The notes under the pieces are model-generated. The model worked only from the letters and a program-made list of their open reading frames with translations, searched no databases and had not been told where the DNA came from. Shown here in pieces: positions 7,357 to 16,891 of a stretch of DNA of 41,033 bases. Every line of letters begins with the position of its first letter. Positions within the stretch are counted from its first letter, which is position 1. Origin of the DNA: a virus (Duplodnaviria; Caudoviricetes); IMG/VR virus record IMGVR_UViG_3300032327_000479, positions 1 to 41,033 of that record; one strand, given 5' to 3'. The translations under genes and the position numbers were made by a program.

Positions 7357-7926
7357 TTAATACATTCCTAGTATTTTACGTTTACGTTGCACAACTTCTC
7401 CGTGATATGGGCAGAAATTGCATACGTAAATCTTTGGACCATCTAGATGCTCAGGTTTAGGTAACCCTAATTCACCTCGTTCTTTTGCCGTATTGGGCAA
7501 TAGCCTCTTAGAAGGTTTTTGGTAATCATCACAATCAGTTTTAGGTCTATTGTGCTTTTCCCAACACGACATTGCATCTTCAGAAAATTGCATTTTAGTT
7601 TCATAAAATGATTTTTGAGGGTCTAGCTCGTCTAGCCCTCTGGACCCACCTCGAGCCAATTGGTCAAGGATTGCTTTACGGTCTTCTGGCTTTACCCATG
7701 ATTTAACTGGTACTTTGAACAGCTTGCCTACGTGAGGGTCTCCTGAAGGAAATACATGCTTCTCAATTGCAATCTGCAATAGGTAATCTTGGTCTGATCT
7801 ACCATCCCAATCAGGGAGTTCTTCCCAGGTTTCACACACCATGCAGCGTAGTAACCGAATAATCGGACCATCGATGGGTTTAGACCCAATTAAAGGTTTG
7901 CCTGAAGGGTCAACTAACCCACTCAT
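7357..7926 (-). CDS. hypothetical protein with Zn-binding motifs
   Basis: CMVC, C..H...C and CNFCPYH. Confidence 0.8.
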   Translation of the reverse strand: MSGLVDPSGKPLIGSKPIDGPIIRLLRCMVCETWEELPDWDGRSDQDYLLQIAIEKHVFPSGDPHVGKLFKVPVKSWVKPEDRKAILDQLARGGSRGLDELDPQKSFYETKMQFSEDAMSCWEKHNRPKTDCDDYQKPSKRLLPNTAKERGELGLPKPEHLDGPKIYVCNFCPYHGEVVQRKRKILGMY

Positions 7927-8156
7927 TAAACTTTACCATTCGTAATTAACCAGTCTAAATCTTCTGATTTAGTTTTAGTAAAGTTGTGTCTTGCTAACCA
8001 AGCTTCCCCCTCAGGAGTGGCTAAGTTTTCTGCACGAGAACGCAACCAGTCTTTGTGCCTTTGTTTCGCTTGTGCTGATCCTACCATTGGTCTAGATGAG
8101 CCATCTGCCCAGTCAGTCCACAGGTAAATCCCGCAATGGGGCGTTAATTCATCCAT
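7926..8156 (-). CDS. hypothetical protein
   Basis: TAAGGAG RBS, TAATG coupling. Confidence 0.7.
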   Translation of the reverse strand: MDELTPHCGIYLWTDWADGSSRPMVGSAQAKQRHKDWLRSRAENLATPEGEAWLARHNFTKTKSEDLDWLITNGKV

Positions 8157-8210
8157 AAATTGCTCCTTATTAGTGCTACGTATTATTTTAGTAGAAACTG
8201 AGTAAAAAGT

Positions 8211-8423
8211 CTACTTACCTGGGTTTACCATGCTGGTCTTAGGGAGCTCCGAAGTAGCGAACCCATATCCGTAAAATGGGTGAAGGGTCTGCTTGTTATC
8301 CATGGTAAGCTCATTGCCTTCAAAATCAGCAACTTCTGTGTTGGGACGAATCTTACGGTACTTACCGTCTGTCGAACCTTCGTGTAAACTTTCGTTCATT
8401 GAACGGGAAGTGTTAACTGCCAT
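8211..8423 (-). CDS. hypothetical protein
   Basis: TAAGGA RBS, 70 aa. Confidence 0.75.
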   Translation of the reverse strand: MAVNTSRSMNESLHEGSTDGKYRKIRPNTEVADFEGNELTMDNKQTLHPFYGYGFATSELPKTSMVNPGK

Positions 8424-8432
8424 GATTAATCC

Positions 8433-9050
8433 TTAACCTAATGCCTTGATGTGCGCTTCATTTAGGGAATTTGCGGTATCCCCATCAGCAATGTCGAAAA
8501 TTGCTGGCATTACTGCCTTGTTGTTACTGGTGTTTCTTACAATCTTTTTTGCCGCTAATTGGTGCTCTCTGTTAGCATTGCTAAACATAGTGGATGCCCC
8601 AACTCTATCTCCGCCAGAGGCTCTTTGCTGAGCATCAAAGGCTAAAGATTGTGCAGTTGCCAAATGCTTAGTAATTTCTGAGTGAGTGTCGTCTGAAAGT
8701 CCAAACTGAGAGTTGTGAATGTCTGCCATAGCTTCAATAAGTTTACCATTTTGAGCTAAAGACCTGTGAACTTCCGAAACTTCATTAGGAAGATTTTCTC
8801 TAATGTTTGCTCCAAAGCTTTGCCCTCCAGGTACAAATGCTCCGTACTTTGCATCCACTTTACGCTGTAGAGCGGCTATTTTTGTGGTTGCAGCAGCTTT
8901 TTGGGCAGTAGTTGTGTAGGGGGGTAGATAATTTGAAGGAGCCTCAGCAGGAGCCTCAGCAACAGCCTTAGACTTAGCGGCAGGTTTAGATGCGACAGTT
9001 TTAGCCACAACTGGCTTTGCCATTTGCTTTTTTGGGTCTAGTCTAGCCAT
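8433..9050 (-). CDS. Ala/Lys-rich protein, possible internal virion or DNA-binding protein
   Basis: KPAAK-rich N-terminus with a 12-bp tandem duplication (8938-8961) and a helical C-terminus. Confidence 0.75.
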   Translation of the reverse strand: MARLDPKKQMAKPVVAKTVASKPAAKSKAVAEAPAEAPSNYLPPYTTTAQKAAATTKIAALQRKVDAKYGAFVPGGQSFGANIRENLPNEVSEVHRSLAQNGKLIEAMADIHNSQFGLSDDTHSEITKHLATAQSLAFDAQQRASGGDRVGASTMFSNANREHQLAAKKIVRNTSNNKAVMPAIFDIADGDTANSLNEAHIKALG

Positions 9051-9093
9051 TAGAAACTTTCTTACTGATTAGTTACGCTTATAGTTTACAGGG

Positions 9094-11355
9094 TTACTGT
9101 GGGGGACGGGGCTTATTGATGCCTGTACCGAACTGTAAAGGTTTTTCCCCAGAAGCAAGGTTAGCCTTTTGTGCGATGTTTGGGATTTTTTCTAGTTTAC
9201 CTGGAATAGCGATGCGATTCTTTGCAAGGTATCCCTCAGGGTTTGCGTCCATAGCCTTGTAGCTTTTAACTAATGATGATCCATAAAGGGCTTTTCGCTT
9301 GGACTCAAACCCAGTGTTGTGAGTGTTTAACTCAGATAAGTATGCCCTAGTGTCAGGGTGGTCCCAATCAATGGTGTCAAGATTTTTCATCTTAGACGGA
9401 GTAGTTCCTTCAACTCTAGGCAATGAACCATACTTTTGTTGGATGGTAGCTATTCCCTGAGCTTGTTCCGCATCTAGCGCCTTCAACTTAGTGTGAAGTT
9501 CGCCCCCTTCTGGGGTATTAGTTGAATGCCAGTGAGCTTGAGCTACGTTTTGAGCCGCAACCGTGGATTCTTCTTTAGGGGACATTTCAGGTGCGCCAAA
9601 TTCAGTAAGAGCTTTAGTACCGCTTATACTGCCACGCATTCCTTGAGTAGTGGGGTTAGTAGGCTTATACGTGCTCAATAACCCACGTGTTTGGGCAGCT
9701 TTGTCAAAATGGCCCAAACGTTCATACAAATCTGCTTTTCTTGAAAGGTCAGCGTCGTTAGCTACTCTTCGACCTTCTTCTGCGCTTGCAAATACTTGGG
9801 CTTTTGCCGTTGCTGCGTCAGCTGCTGCTTCCAATCGAGTGTTTCTGGCTTCTCGAGGTTCCTCAGGAGTGGCCTGGTATGGAGATGGACGCATTCCTAC
9901 AGCAGTTAACCTACGGTCAGCATCAGAGGTAGGTTCCGCTTCGCGAGTTTTTCGTGCCGCAACTGCAATGCGTCGGGCTACTTCATCCGCAGGTAGGTTA
10001 TTTTCATCAAGAGGAGCAACAGGGGTATGGCCTGAACTCATAGGATACCCAGCCTTAGCTCCGAGACCGAATCTAACGGTTGAGCCTTTGCCCTCGTTCT
10101 CTTCGGTTACATACGGAGTTTCTGTGCTTGTTACTGAGGTACCTTTACGGAATCGTGCCCTAGTAAGGTTATACTCACTTAGTTTCTGCTCACCTTCAGC
10201 CAACTCTTGAACAGAACTTCGGTCAACGTTTCTGGGCTTATCAGTATCCGATAATGCTGCTTCTTTGGAGTATCCTTCTGTTGCGACTTTAGCTAAAGTT
10301 GCGACAGCTAAATGTCCTGAGTTAGCCTTATATGTAGGGTGGGCATTATGAGTTGCATTGGATGCTTTAAACAAATGAGCATAAGCATCCGCCATGTGAC
10401 TAAGTGAACCCTTTTTTGCAGAAGCAATTTTACTTTGAGAGTCTTTTCCTCTACCTCGGATGTTTGACGTATCGTAGTTAACGTCTTCATCAAATATGTG
10501 CCCATTTTGATGAGCAGCCATTGCACTGTTTAATGACTCACGAGCTGCCAGTAAGTGATTGCTAATTGCTCTTTGAGCAGTAGGGGCTGACTCATCTAAA
10601 TGAGTGTCTACTACATCTATCAGTTTGTGAAAATCGTTAAAATAATCACGACTAAGGACAGGGACCTTGGGGTGGAGAAATCCTGTGGCAGGAGTAGCTG
10701 AGGTAGGGTCTGCTAAAGAGTCTTCCTTAGCAGGCTTTACCTTGGTGTATGCAGCTCTCGCTAATGCTTGAATTTTTTGGTCATTAGGGTCGTAGTCTTT
10801 ACCTAGCCCCGCGTTTCTGCGCGAGCTTGCTGCCCTATACAGCTTCTCTTCCCCTGCTTCGTCAGTAGTGTGCTTACGAAAAAGCCCACTAGTGCGTGCC
10901 TGGGCTAGTGAGGCGTCACTAACTCCTTCAAATTGCTTTAAAAACTCATTGTATTTTCTTTGAGTGTCTAGTTTTTCTCCGCCATAAGTAGGTTCTGGGA
11001 TAGTAGGAAGTCCCGCAGCAGTATCCACTGCACGTTTAATTTGTCCCTTTACACTGGCTACAGTAGCGGGGCGTTTTCCTTTAGCACTTACTTGTCCTCC
11101 AGGAAGAGTTCTAACTCTTACTTTTCCTTGGTAACCTTTTCCTTTTAAGAACTCTTGAGCACCAGCAATGTCTGCTTCAGATGCGTCATTCTCAGGGGAG
11201 GCTTTAGCTGCTCCTGAGAGTATGTTAACATGACGTTTTTGGTCTTCTGGAGAAAGGTTATTAAAGTCTTCTGCAGAGAGGTTAGCGTCGCCAACTTTAC
11301 CTTTGAAAGGGCTTCTTCCTGCACCACTGTTGAACGCACTATTATTAGCAGCCAT
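9094..11355 (-). CDS. large low-complexity protein, paralog of 11564..13171, possible internal virion protein
   Basis: 753 aa, Ala/Gly/Pro/Lys-rich, no Cys. N-terminal domain shared with the paralog. Confidence 0.8.
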   Translation of the reverse strand: MAANNSAFNSGAGRSPFKGKVGDANLSAEDFNNLSPEDQKRHVNILSGAAKASPENDASEADIAGAQEFLKGKGYQGKVRVRTLPGGQVSAKGKRPATVASVKGQIKRAVDTAAGLPTIPEPTYGGEKLDTQRKYNEFLKQFEGVSDASLAQARTSGLFRKHTTDEAGEEKLYRAASSRRNAGLGKDYDPNDQKIQALARAAYTKVKPAKEDSLADPTSATPATGFLHPKVPVLSRDYFNDFHKLIDVVDTHLDESAPTAQRAISNHLLAARESLNSAMAAHQNGHIFDEDVNYDTSNIRGRGKDSQSKIASAKKGSLSHMADAYAHLFKASNATHNAHPTYKANSGHLAVATLAKVATEGYSKEAALSDTDKPRNVDRSSVQELAEGEQKLSEYNLTRARFRKGTSVTSTETPYVTEENEGKGSTVRFGLGAKAGYPMSSGHTPVAPLDENNLPADEVARRIAVAARKTREAEPTSDADRRLTAVGMRPSPYQATPEEPREARNTRLEAAADAATAKAQVFASAEEGRRVANDADLSRKADLYERLGHFDKAAQTRGLLSTYKPTNPTTQGMRGSISGTKALTEFGAPEMSPKEESTVAAQNVAQAHWHSTNTPEGGELHTKLKALDAEQAQGIATIQQKYGSLPRVEGTTPSKMKNLDTIDWDHPDTRAYLSELNTHNTGFESKRKALYGSSLVKSYKAMDANPEGYLAKNRIAIPGKLEKIPNIAQKANLASGEKPLQFGTGINKPRPPQ

Positions 11356-11558
11356 TATGCCATTTTTCCTTTAACTCTTCGGGACTTACGCAAGTTATCG
11401 CATGGTGGGCAAAGTCCCAGCACACTGTACATGTACTCTACGGGGTTCATGATGATCCCACATTGTGGGCATAACCTACTAGTTTTCTTATTTAAAGCAT
11501 TTTCAACTAGCTTGTATGCCTGTAGCTCAAGGGTTTCTGACCCATCTCCATCAAACAT
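11355..11558 (-). CDS. small Zn-finger protein
   Basis: CPQC...CPPC with a basic tail, TAATG coupling. Confidence 0.75.
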   Translation of the reverse strand: MFDGDGSETLELQAYKLVENALNKKTSRLCPQCGIIMNPVEYMYSVLGLCPPCDNLRKSRRVKGKMA

Positions 11559-11563
11559 TTGGG

Positions 11564-13171
11564 TTAACCCCTTGCCTTAGCTCTGTTACTGATAAAGGTA
11601 TCTTTATCTTCTGGAGTTAATTTCACAAATTGAGCACGTTCGTCAGCGTTCATCTTGAAATAGTTAGTCCTGTGTTCTCGGGACATAGCCCCAAGCTCTG
11701 GGACAGTAGCCGTGGTTACCTCAGCAGGAGTAATTCTAGTGTCTCTCCAAGACTTCTTGGGTTTAGGATTTCTTGTTGAGGCAAGCTTTTGTCCTTCTAC
11801 AGCTTTTGCTCCAGCAATTTTAAACAAAACACCATTTACTTTTTTGTAAACAGGAGCTCCGCTTGCATCTACCATGTCTTCTTTTTTTATTAGCCTATCT
11901 GGGGCGTTAGCCGTTGGATTGCCTTCTTCATCTGTGTCTGTTTCAGATTTAGGAAGTTTAGCTTCAGTAGATACAGCTTCTTTAGAAACACCCGATGCGC
12001 CAGTGCTTGAGCCTCGGTATACCGATGATTCAGAACTTTGTTTAGCGTTTCTTTGAGCGTCTACAATGTTCATGTAACTAGTACTAGCTTTAGTAACCCC
12101 AGGATTTTTGGCTAAAAAGTCGGTGTGAGCAGTTTCTGTAAGAGGAACTTGGCGAATACCTGAGGGACTTCCTGCTATAGCATTTGGATTTCCTACCCAA
12201 ACATGCCCTGGTTTTGAAGGGCCGTAAAGTGGGTGGTCATCAACATACGTGTCATAACGAACTGCTTTACTCTGAACGCCTTTTACCCCTGAAGCAATAG
12301 AGTCAATGTCTGCTCTTTGGGATCCCTGAGGAAGAACTCCTAAACGCCCCAAACGGGTATTCCCCATACGGGATAACTCGTCCTTTAGTTTAAAGGCAGC
12401 TCGTTTAATGTGGTCAACTGAAATAGAGGTATTTCGGTTGTTCTGCTCTCCACTTGCGGTGTTTAACAGTGCTCGAGCTTCTACTAGGTTATTAGCCAGT
12501 AAAGAAGGGGAAGTGCCTGTCTTAGTAGCTTTTATGCCTGCGTTATGCTGCTCAAGGGCTTGCTTTAAGTCCTCTACATGTTTCGCATGAGGTTCCCCTC
12601 CAAACTTAGCAGCTTCACCTTGATGGTAGGCTATTTCACTAGCCACTTTTTCTGGGATGCTTTTGTAGTGAGCGTCAATTTGGTTATGAATGTCAATTAA
12701 TCGGCTAAGAGCTTCTGACGTACCAATCTTAGGAGCTTCACCCTCTGCTTCAGCATCTGGGTTAGGGGTAACGGAAGTTCTTCTTGCGTTAATTTTAGAT
12801 TTAATGGCTTGACGTTCAGTTTGCTGTGCGTCTCTAAGTTTAGCTTTTTGGTCTTTAGCTGCTTGAGCAGGAGTAGTGCCTGAACTAGCTGAGGAAGCTT
12901 CAGCTGTTCGCTGAGCACGGGTTCGAGGGGCTGCCGCGTAAACCTCGTTGATGTCTGTCTTAAGAGCAGGTGCTTTTGGAAGTCGAGTACCTTTTGAAGC
13001 GCCTGATTCAGCGGAAGGTTCGGGAGTACCCATCCCGCTAATTGCAGTGATGTGGCGCATTTGGTCATCATAAGGGAGGGCATTAAACTCCTCCGTGCTT
13101 AAGTCTTTAGCACCAATTCTCGAGCTTGGTGTACCTGAGCCTTTACCGAACTCACTATTTCTTGCGGCCAT
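11564..13171 (-). CDS. large low-complexity protein, paralog of 9094..11355
   Basis: 535 aa. N-terminus LSTEEFNALPYDDQMRHITAISG and short helical repeats at the C-terminus. Confidence 0.8.
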   Translation of the reverse strand: MAARNSEFGKGSGTPSSRIGAKDLSTEEFNALPYDDQMRHITAISGMGTPEPSAESGASKGTRLPKAPALKTDINEVYAAAPRTRAQRTAEASSASSGTTPAQAAKDQKAKLRDAQQTERQAIKSKINARRTSVTPNPDAEAEGEAPKIGTSEALSRLIDIHNQIDAHYKSIPEKVASEIAYHQGEAAKFGGEPHAKHVEDLKQALEQHNAGIKATKTGTSPSLLANNLVEARALLNTASGEQNNRNTSISVDHIKRAAFKLKDELSRMGNTRLGRLGVLPQGSQRADIDSIASGVKGVQSKAVRYDTYVDDHPLYGPSKPGHVWVGNPNAIAGSPSGIRQVPLTETAHTDFLAKNPGVTKASTSYMNIVDAQRNAKQSSESSVYRGSSTGASGVSKEAVSTEAKLPKSETDTDEEGNPTANAPDRLIKKEDMVDASGAPVYKKVNGVLFKIAGAKAVEGQKLASTRNPKPKKSWRDTRITPAEVTTATVPELGAMSREHRTNYFKMNADERAQFVKLTPEDKDTFISNRAKARG

Positions 13172-13536
13172 TAGATACCTTCCAAACTATTTCTATCTGC
13201 GCCTGAGAACCCCGCAGGACTTCCTGAATACCATGAAATACGTGGTTCCGTGTAAACACGGTCTATACTAACCACATCTTCAATTTCTGGTTGAGTTCTT
13301 ACGCCAAACCCGAACCTATCAGGAAATAACCTGATTTGAGGCAATGTCGGTCTAACTAACATCTGCAGCTGAACTCTAGGCATAGTTGCGGCCATTAAAG
13401 CTTGCTGGGTTAGTCGTTCCATGTTAGAGGCCCAAGGACCAGTATACGTCCATTTAGGCTGTGCTTCTGTGTAAGTGTCATCAGAAGGAGTGCCTGTCAC
13501 CCAAGGCTTTGTGTAGTCGTATCTTCCGTCAGTCAT
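13171..13536 (-). CDS. hypothetical protein
   Basis: TAATG coupling on both sides. Confidence 0.8.
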   Translation of the reverse strand: MTDGRYDYTKPWVTGTPSDDTYTEAQPKWTYTGPWASNMERLTQQALMAATMPRVQLQMLVRPTLPQIRLFPDRFGFGVRTQPEIEDVVSIDRVYTEPRISWYSGSPAGFSGADRNSLEGI

Positions 13537-14069
13537 TAACGGTACACTGGCTTCAAGTAGTTTAGGGCGTTTGCACGTTGTACGTTGATAGTAGTAGCGT
13601 TTCCTGTGGTGTTAGCTTTACCATCATTAACCAAGTGTGGCGCTGGGATAAGCCTAAGATTTTGTCCCACTTTAGGTACTTGCCAAACAAATACGCCATT
13701 AATGTTTACTTGCTTAGCTTTCATTTGACGCTTGATACCCATGTCTGCGTTAAAGTCTTGTGTCCAAAAGTACATTGAAGGCTCAATGCGCTCTCCTTTG
13801 TGGACACCTCTTTGATACGATTTTTGACCAATACGAGACTTAATGCTATCCAATAAGCGGTCATCTCTACGTGACCGAATCGTGCCTAGGTAACCATCGG
13901 GATATTCCGCAGAAGGAACTCTACCTGTACCGATACGAATAGCGTCTAGCTCACCTCGGGCAACAGGTACGCCTTGGCCACCTTGGTTGTTATACCCGTA
14001 AAACCCATTTCCACCTAGCGATTGCCAGTTTTGATTAGGGCTAAAGTTTTGAGCACCACCACTAGACAT
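13536..14069 (-). CDS. hypothetical protein with G/N/Q-rich N-terminus
   Basis: 177 aa with a basic core (GRVPSAEYPDGYLGTIRSRRDDR). Confidence 0.8.
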   Translation of the reverse strand: MSSGGAQNFSPNQNWQSLGGNGFYGYNNQGGQGVPVARGELDAIRIGTGRVPSAEYPDGYLGTIRSRRDDRLLDSIKSRIGQKSYQRGVHKGERIEPSMYFWTQDFNADMGIKRQMKAKQVNINGVFVWQVPKVGQNLRLIPAPHLVNDGKANTTGNATTINVQRANALNYLKPVYR

Positions 14070-14071
14070 AG

Positions 14072-14395
14072 TTACTCGTCTTCTCCTGTAGGATGCAATG
14101 GATTCCTAGTCATTCCTAGTGAAGAACTAACAGGATGGAATGGGTTATCTCCCATACTGGATTGACGTTCACCAAAACTAGACGTACTAGTGCCTATTCC
14201 GTGAGATAAGACTTTATGAGGGTGAAGTTGGTTAGTACCAAATACGAAACTAGTGCTTTGACGGTTTGCGTTCTGATAGCTCAGTTGACTTGCTTCACCT
14301 TCATAAGGGTGCAGAGGAGTTCCTACAGTAGAGTGCACTACTTCGTGAGGCTGCGCCCCAACTAAATATCTAGAAATGTTAGGATTTGCAGACAC
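14072..14395 (-). CDS. Ser/His/Pro-rich disordered protein
   Basis: GTG start, fills the operon gap, repeated (P)LHP/FHP motifs. Confidence 0.65.
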   Translation of the reverse strand: MSANPNISRYLVGAQPHEVVHSTVGTPLHPYEGEASQLSYQNANRQSTSFVFGTNQLHPHKVLSHGIGTSTSSFGERQSSMGDNPFHPVSSSLGMTRNPLHPTGEDE

Positions 14396-14397
14396 AA

Positions 14398-14820
14398 CTA
14401 CTGCGCTGCTGTCTGAGATTCCTGAAAGAAGTTGTTTACACTACCTGGAATTGAAGGCATAATCCTAGCGTTCATCATAGTAGGCCCTACAGTAGGGTCA
14501 ACTACAGCGTATCCAGTTTTAGGCTGAATTCGGTATGTTGCACCAACACGCTCGATGTTCTGTCGGTTAGCCTTGCTACCAGGGTTGGTAGGGTCAGCAG
14601 CTTGAGTGTTCTTACGAGGGATTAATGTTCCCTGCAATGCTGGGGCTGGAACAGCTGGACCAATAGGTACACGAACACTCATGGCGTTAGATGCATCTGA
14701 GTAATGTTCGTCTGAAGTCTTGTGTGAACGTGCCATAGAATTACCTGCTGCTTCTGTGTAAGATGAGGGGATGCCAGAACGACGACGCATGCCGTGGCCT
14801 GTGCTAAATGTTGTAGCCAT
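14398..14820 (-). CDS. Pro/Ala-rich hypothetical protein
   Basis: AAGGAG RBS and an upstream TACTAT -10 candidate. Confidence 0.75.
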   Translation of the reverse strand: MATTFSTGHGMRRRSGIPSSYTEAAGNSMARSHKTSDEHYSDASNAMSVRVPIGPAVPAPALQGTLIPRKNTQAADPTNPGSKANRQNIERVGATYRIQPKTGYAVVDPTVGPTMMNARIMPSIPGSVNNFFQESQTAAQ

Positions 14821-14855
14821 AAAAACTCCTTTTTCTATTCAATAGTAAGGCTTTT

Positions 14856-15149
14856 TTACTGCGCTGTAATGGCAAAAATCATTGCTGAAATATCGCCATC
14901 ATGACTTTGAATAGTTGTGAAACCTGGTTTACAAGTTAGGTCTAGACCTCGTGGAGCGACATAACCACGTGCAATGGCGATTGCTTTCACCGCTTGGTTT
15001 ACAGCACTAGCGCCTACGGCCCTAAGCTTAACCTGACGGCTATCATAAATTGCATGAGCAATTGCAGATGCTACGGATTGGGGGTTTGAACCTCCGCCTA
15101 CACGTAAGAATGGTTCTTCGGTAGAAGGTGCAGGATGTTGTTCAGTCAA
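14856..15149 (-). CDS. spoVS: SpoVS-family (Alba-like fold) protein
   Basis: LRV...SNPQSVASAIA...LRAVGASAVNQAVKAIAIARGYVAPRGLDL.C.PGF. Start moved to TTG 15149 after an AAGGA RBS. Confidence 0.92.
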   Translation of the reverse strand: MTEQHPAPSTEEPFLRVGGGSNPQSVASAIAHAIYDSRQVKLRAVGASAVNQAVKAIAIARGYVAPRGLDLTCKPGFTTIQSHDGDISAMIFAITAQ

Positions 15150-15150
15150 T

Positions 15151-15206
15151 TTGTAGTCCTTAGTAGTGCTGTAAGTAGTAGCCATCCTCAACTACTAAGG
15201 ATACAA
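15151..15206 (-). promoter_or_regulatory. RNA hairpin sequestering the spoVS RBS
   Basis: TCCTTAGTAGT/ACTACTAAGGA 11-bp stem, extended by TTGTA/TACAA past a 1-nt bulge. Confidence 0.65.
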
Positions 15207-15208
15207 GG

Positions 15209-15802
15209 TTAGTCAGCTATAAAGTCTCTAAACTTTAAGTCAGTAAGTTTCTTCAAAGTAGCTTTTTCATCAGCATCTATGGCTACTTCTGCAGCAATCC
15301 TAGCTAGGCCATAAGCATCTGTAGCATTGTTATCGCTAAACTCTACTCCGTATTTCTTGTATACATGTAGCAACATTAAGTCTTTTGTAGCAGTGCCTTT
15401 ACCACATACGAATTTTTTTAAGGTCATAGGAGGAACTTGTAAAGGGGCTTTTAAAGCAGGGTTGGGGGAGTCTTTAAACTCGTTAAATAAAGTAAGCTTT
15501 ACAACTCCTGCTAACTCTCCTAGTACAGACGCAGAGTTACTGTGTAGCACAGTACCTTCCATAGCAATGTCAAAAATGTCATTTGATGCGTCTTTTAAAA
15601 TGTGCAGTTTTGATGTTAGCCATCCAGAAATGTCTGCCAATCTTTGCACACCTTTATATGGGGAAGAATACACCCAAGTTTCATGCGAGCTAGGATTAAG
15701 CAGCTCTATTACTGATACCGCAAATCCCGTCAAGGACTGGTCTATACCAATGGCTACTGGGGTGCCTTTAGTAAGCCCATTGTAAAATACTTTTTCAGAC
15801 AT
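15209..15802 (-). CDS. ruvC: RuvC-like Holliday junction resolvase
   Basis: IGIDQS, IAMEG, PP.TLKK...GKG.ATK and DNNATDAYGLA. Confidence 0.9.
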   Translation of the reverse strand: MSEKVFYNGLTKGTPVAIGIDQSLTGFAVSVIELLNPSSHETWVYSSPYKGVQRLADISGWLTSKLHILKDASNDIFDIAMEGTVLHSNSASVLGELAGVVKLTLFNEFKDSPNPALKAPLQVPPMTLKKFVCGKGTATKDLMLLHVYKKYGVEFSDNNATDAYGLARIAAEVAIDADEKATLKKLTDLKFRDFIAD

Positions 15803-16346
15803 ATTGCCTAACTGGTAAGTCTGCCATGTCATGCAAGTCTGCAATAGGCACAGCATAGTTGTTTTTTCCATAAGGCATCATGTGAGTGATGGAAACGCAC
15901 TCATGCCCATACATCCACCCTACAGCTCGAAATGCGGGAGCTTTGTACCCCTCATTGGCTGATCGTCTAGTTTTTTGCTCTGGTCCTCCGACAATTAAAA
16001 TGTAAATTTCATCGGGACTATCCACTCCATCTTTAAACCTTAAAGAATGTTTAGGGTACCCTGAAATAGCGCTAGTAAAGGAGTACCTTACTTCATACCC
16101 TGGAATGTCTAACTTGCTCTTATAGGTGTTGACGTGAGGCTCAAAGTCATCCATTCCTAGCATACGTGCTGCAGCAATTTCAGAAGCTGCGCAAATCATG
16201 TGCTGCCAAGCTTCCCAGATGTCCCCTTCGCTATAGTTACGATTACGTTCAGGTTGGCCTAACATGGGTAGCTGGCGTTCCCATCCAACCCTTGCTGCTA
16301 AAGCTTCTTCCTTAGGGGTTAGTTGATAAATCCATCCCATGTCCAA
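15795..16346 (-). CDS. hypothetical protein, possible PD-(D/E)XK fold
   Basis: SEIAAA.MLG...LDIPGYEVR pattern. Confidence 0.5.
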   Translation of the reverse strand: MDMGWIYQLTPKEEALAARVGWERQLPMLGQPERNRNYSEGDIWEAWQHMICAASEIAAARMLGMDDFEPHVNTYKSKLDIPGYEVRYSFTSAISGYPKHSLRFKDGVDSPDEIYILIVGGPEQKTRRSANEGYKAPAFRAVGWMYGHECVSITHMMPYGKNNYAVPIADLHDMADLPVRQYV

Positions 16347-16891
16347 CTCCTTAGTGATGCAGTTAAGATGTTTACTTTTGCAGACAGTTCTGCCAAAGTA
16401 CCGCTGTTATTGATTGTAAAATTTACAGGATAATCGATTAGGGCGTTATCGGAGAGGTGAGAGTTAACTGGGCCAACGTTTGGTTTGGTTATCCTAATTA
16501 AAATTCCACCCTTAGATGTTATTGCTTCAGCTTCATTCGGGTATCGAACATCAGAGAATACTACATCCTCAGTAGTTGAAGGATATTTCATTGCTTGTTC
16601 TACCCAAAAATTTTCTCCGAACATTTCCCTACCAACCTCAGTACCGAAACGTTGCATAAGACCTCGTATATCAGGACTACGCGATTTAAGCATGTCCCAT
16701 TCCATCATCTTTAAAGCTTGTGAAAGGTTAACCATTAGACCATCATCAAGGCGTATAACTGGGTTAAGACGCATTAGCGCTTCACGCATAGGATCTGCAA
16801 AGGCTACTTTTAGAAAGTCGTAATCTTCTACTAAAAAATTAGCTATGGTATCTTTCCCACTACGAGCATGGCCTATTAACCCAATAAGCAT
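16319..16891 (-). CDS. deoxynucleoside monophosphate kinase
   Basis: IGLIGHARSGKDT, FADP, RGLMQRFGTEVGR and SDVRYPNE. Confidence 0.92.
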   Translation of the reverse strand: MLIGLIGHARSGKDTIANFLVEDYDFLKVAFADPMREALMRLNPVIRLDDGLMVNLSQALKMMEWDMLKSRSPDIRGLMQRFGTEVGREMFGENFWVEQAMKYPSTTEDVVFSDVRYPNEAEAITSKGGILIRITKPNVGPVNSHLSDNALIDYPVNFTINNSGTLAELSAKVNILTASLRSWTWDGFIN

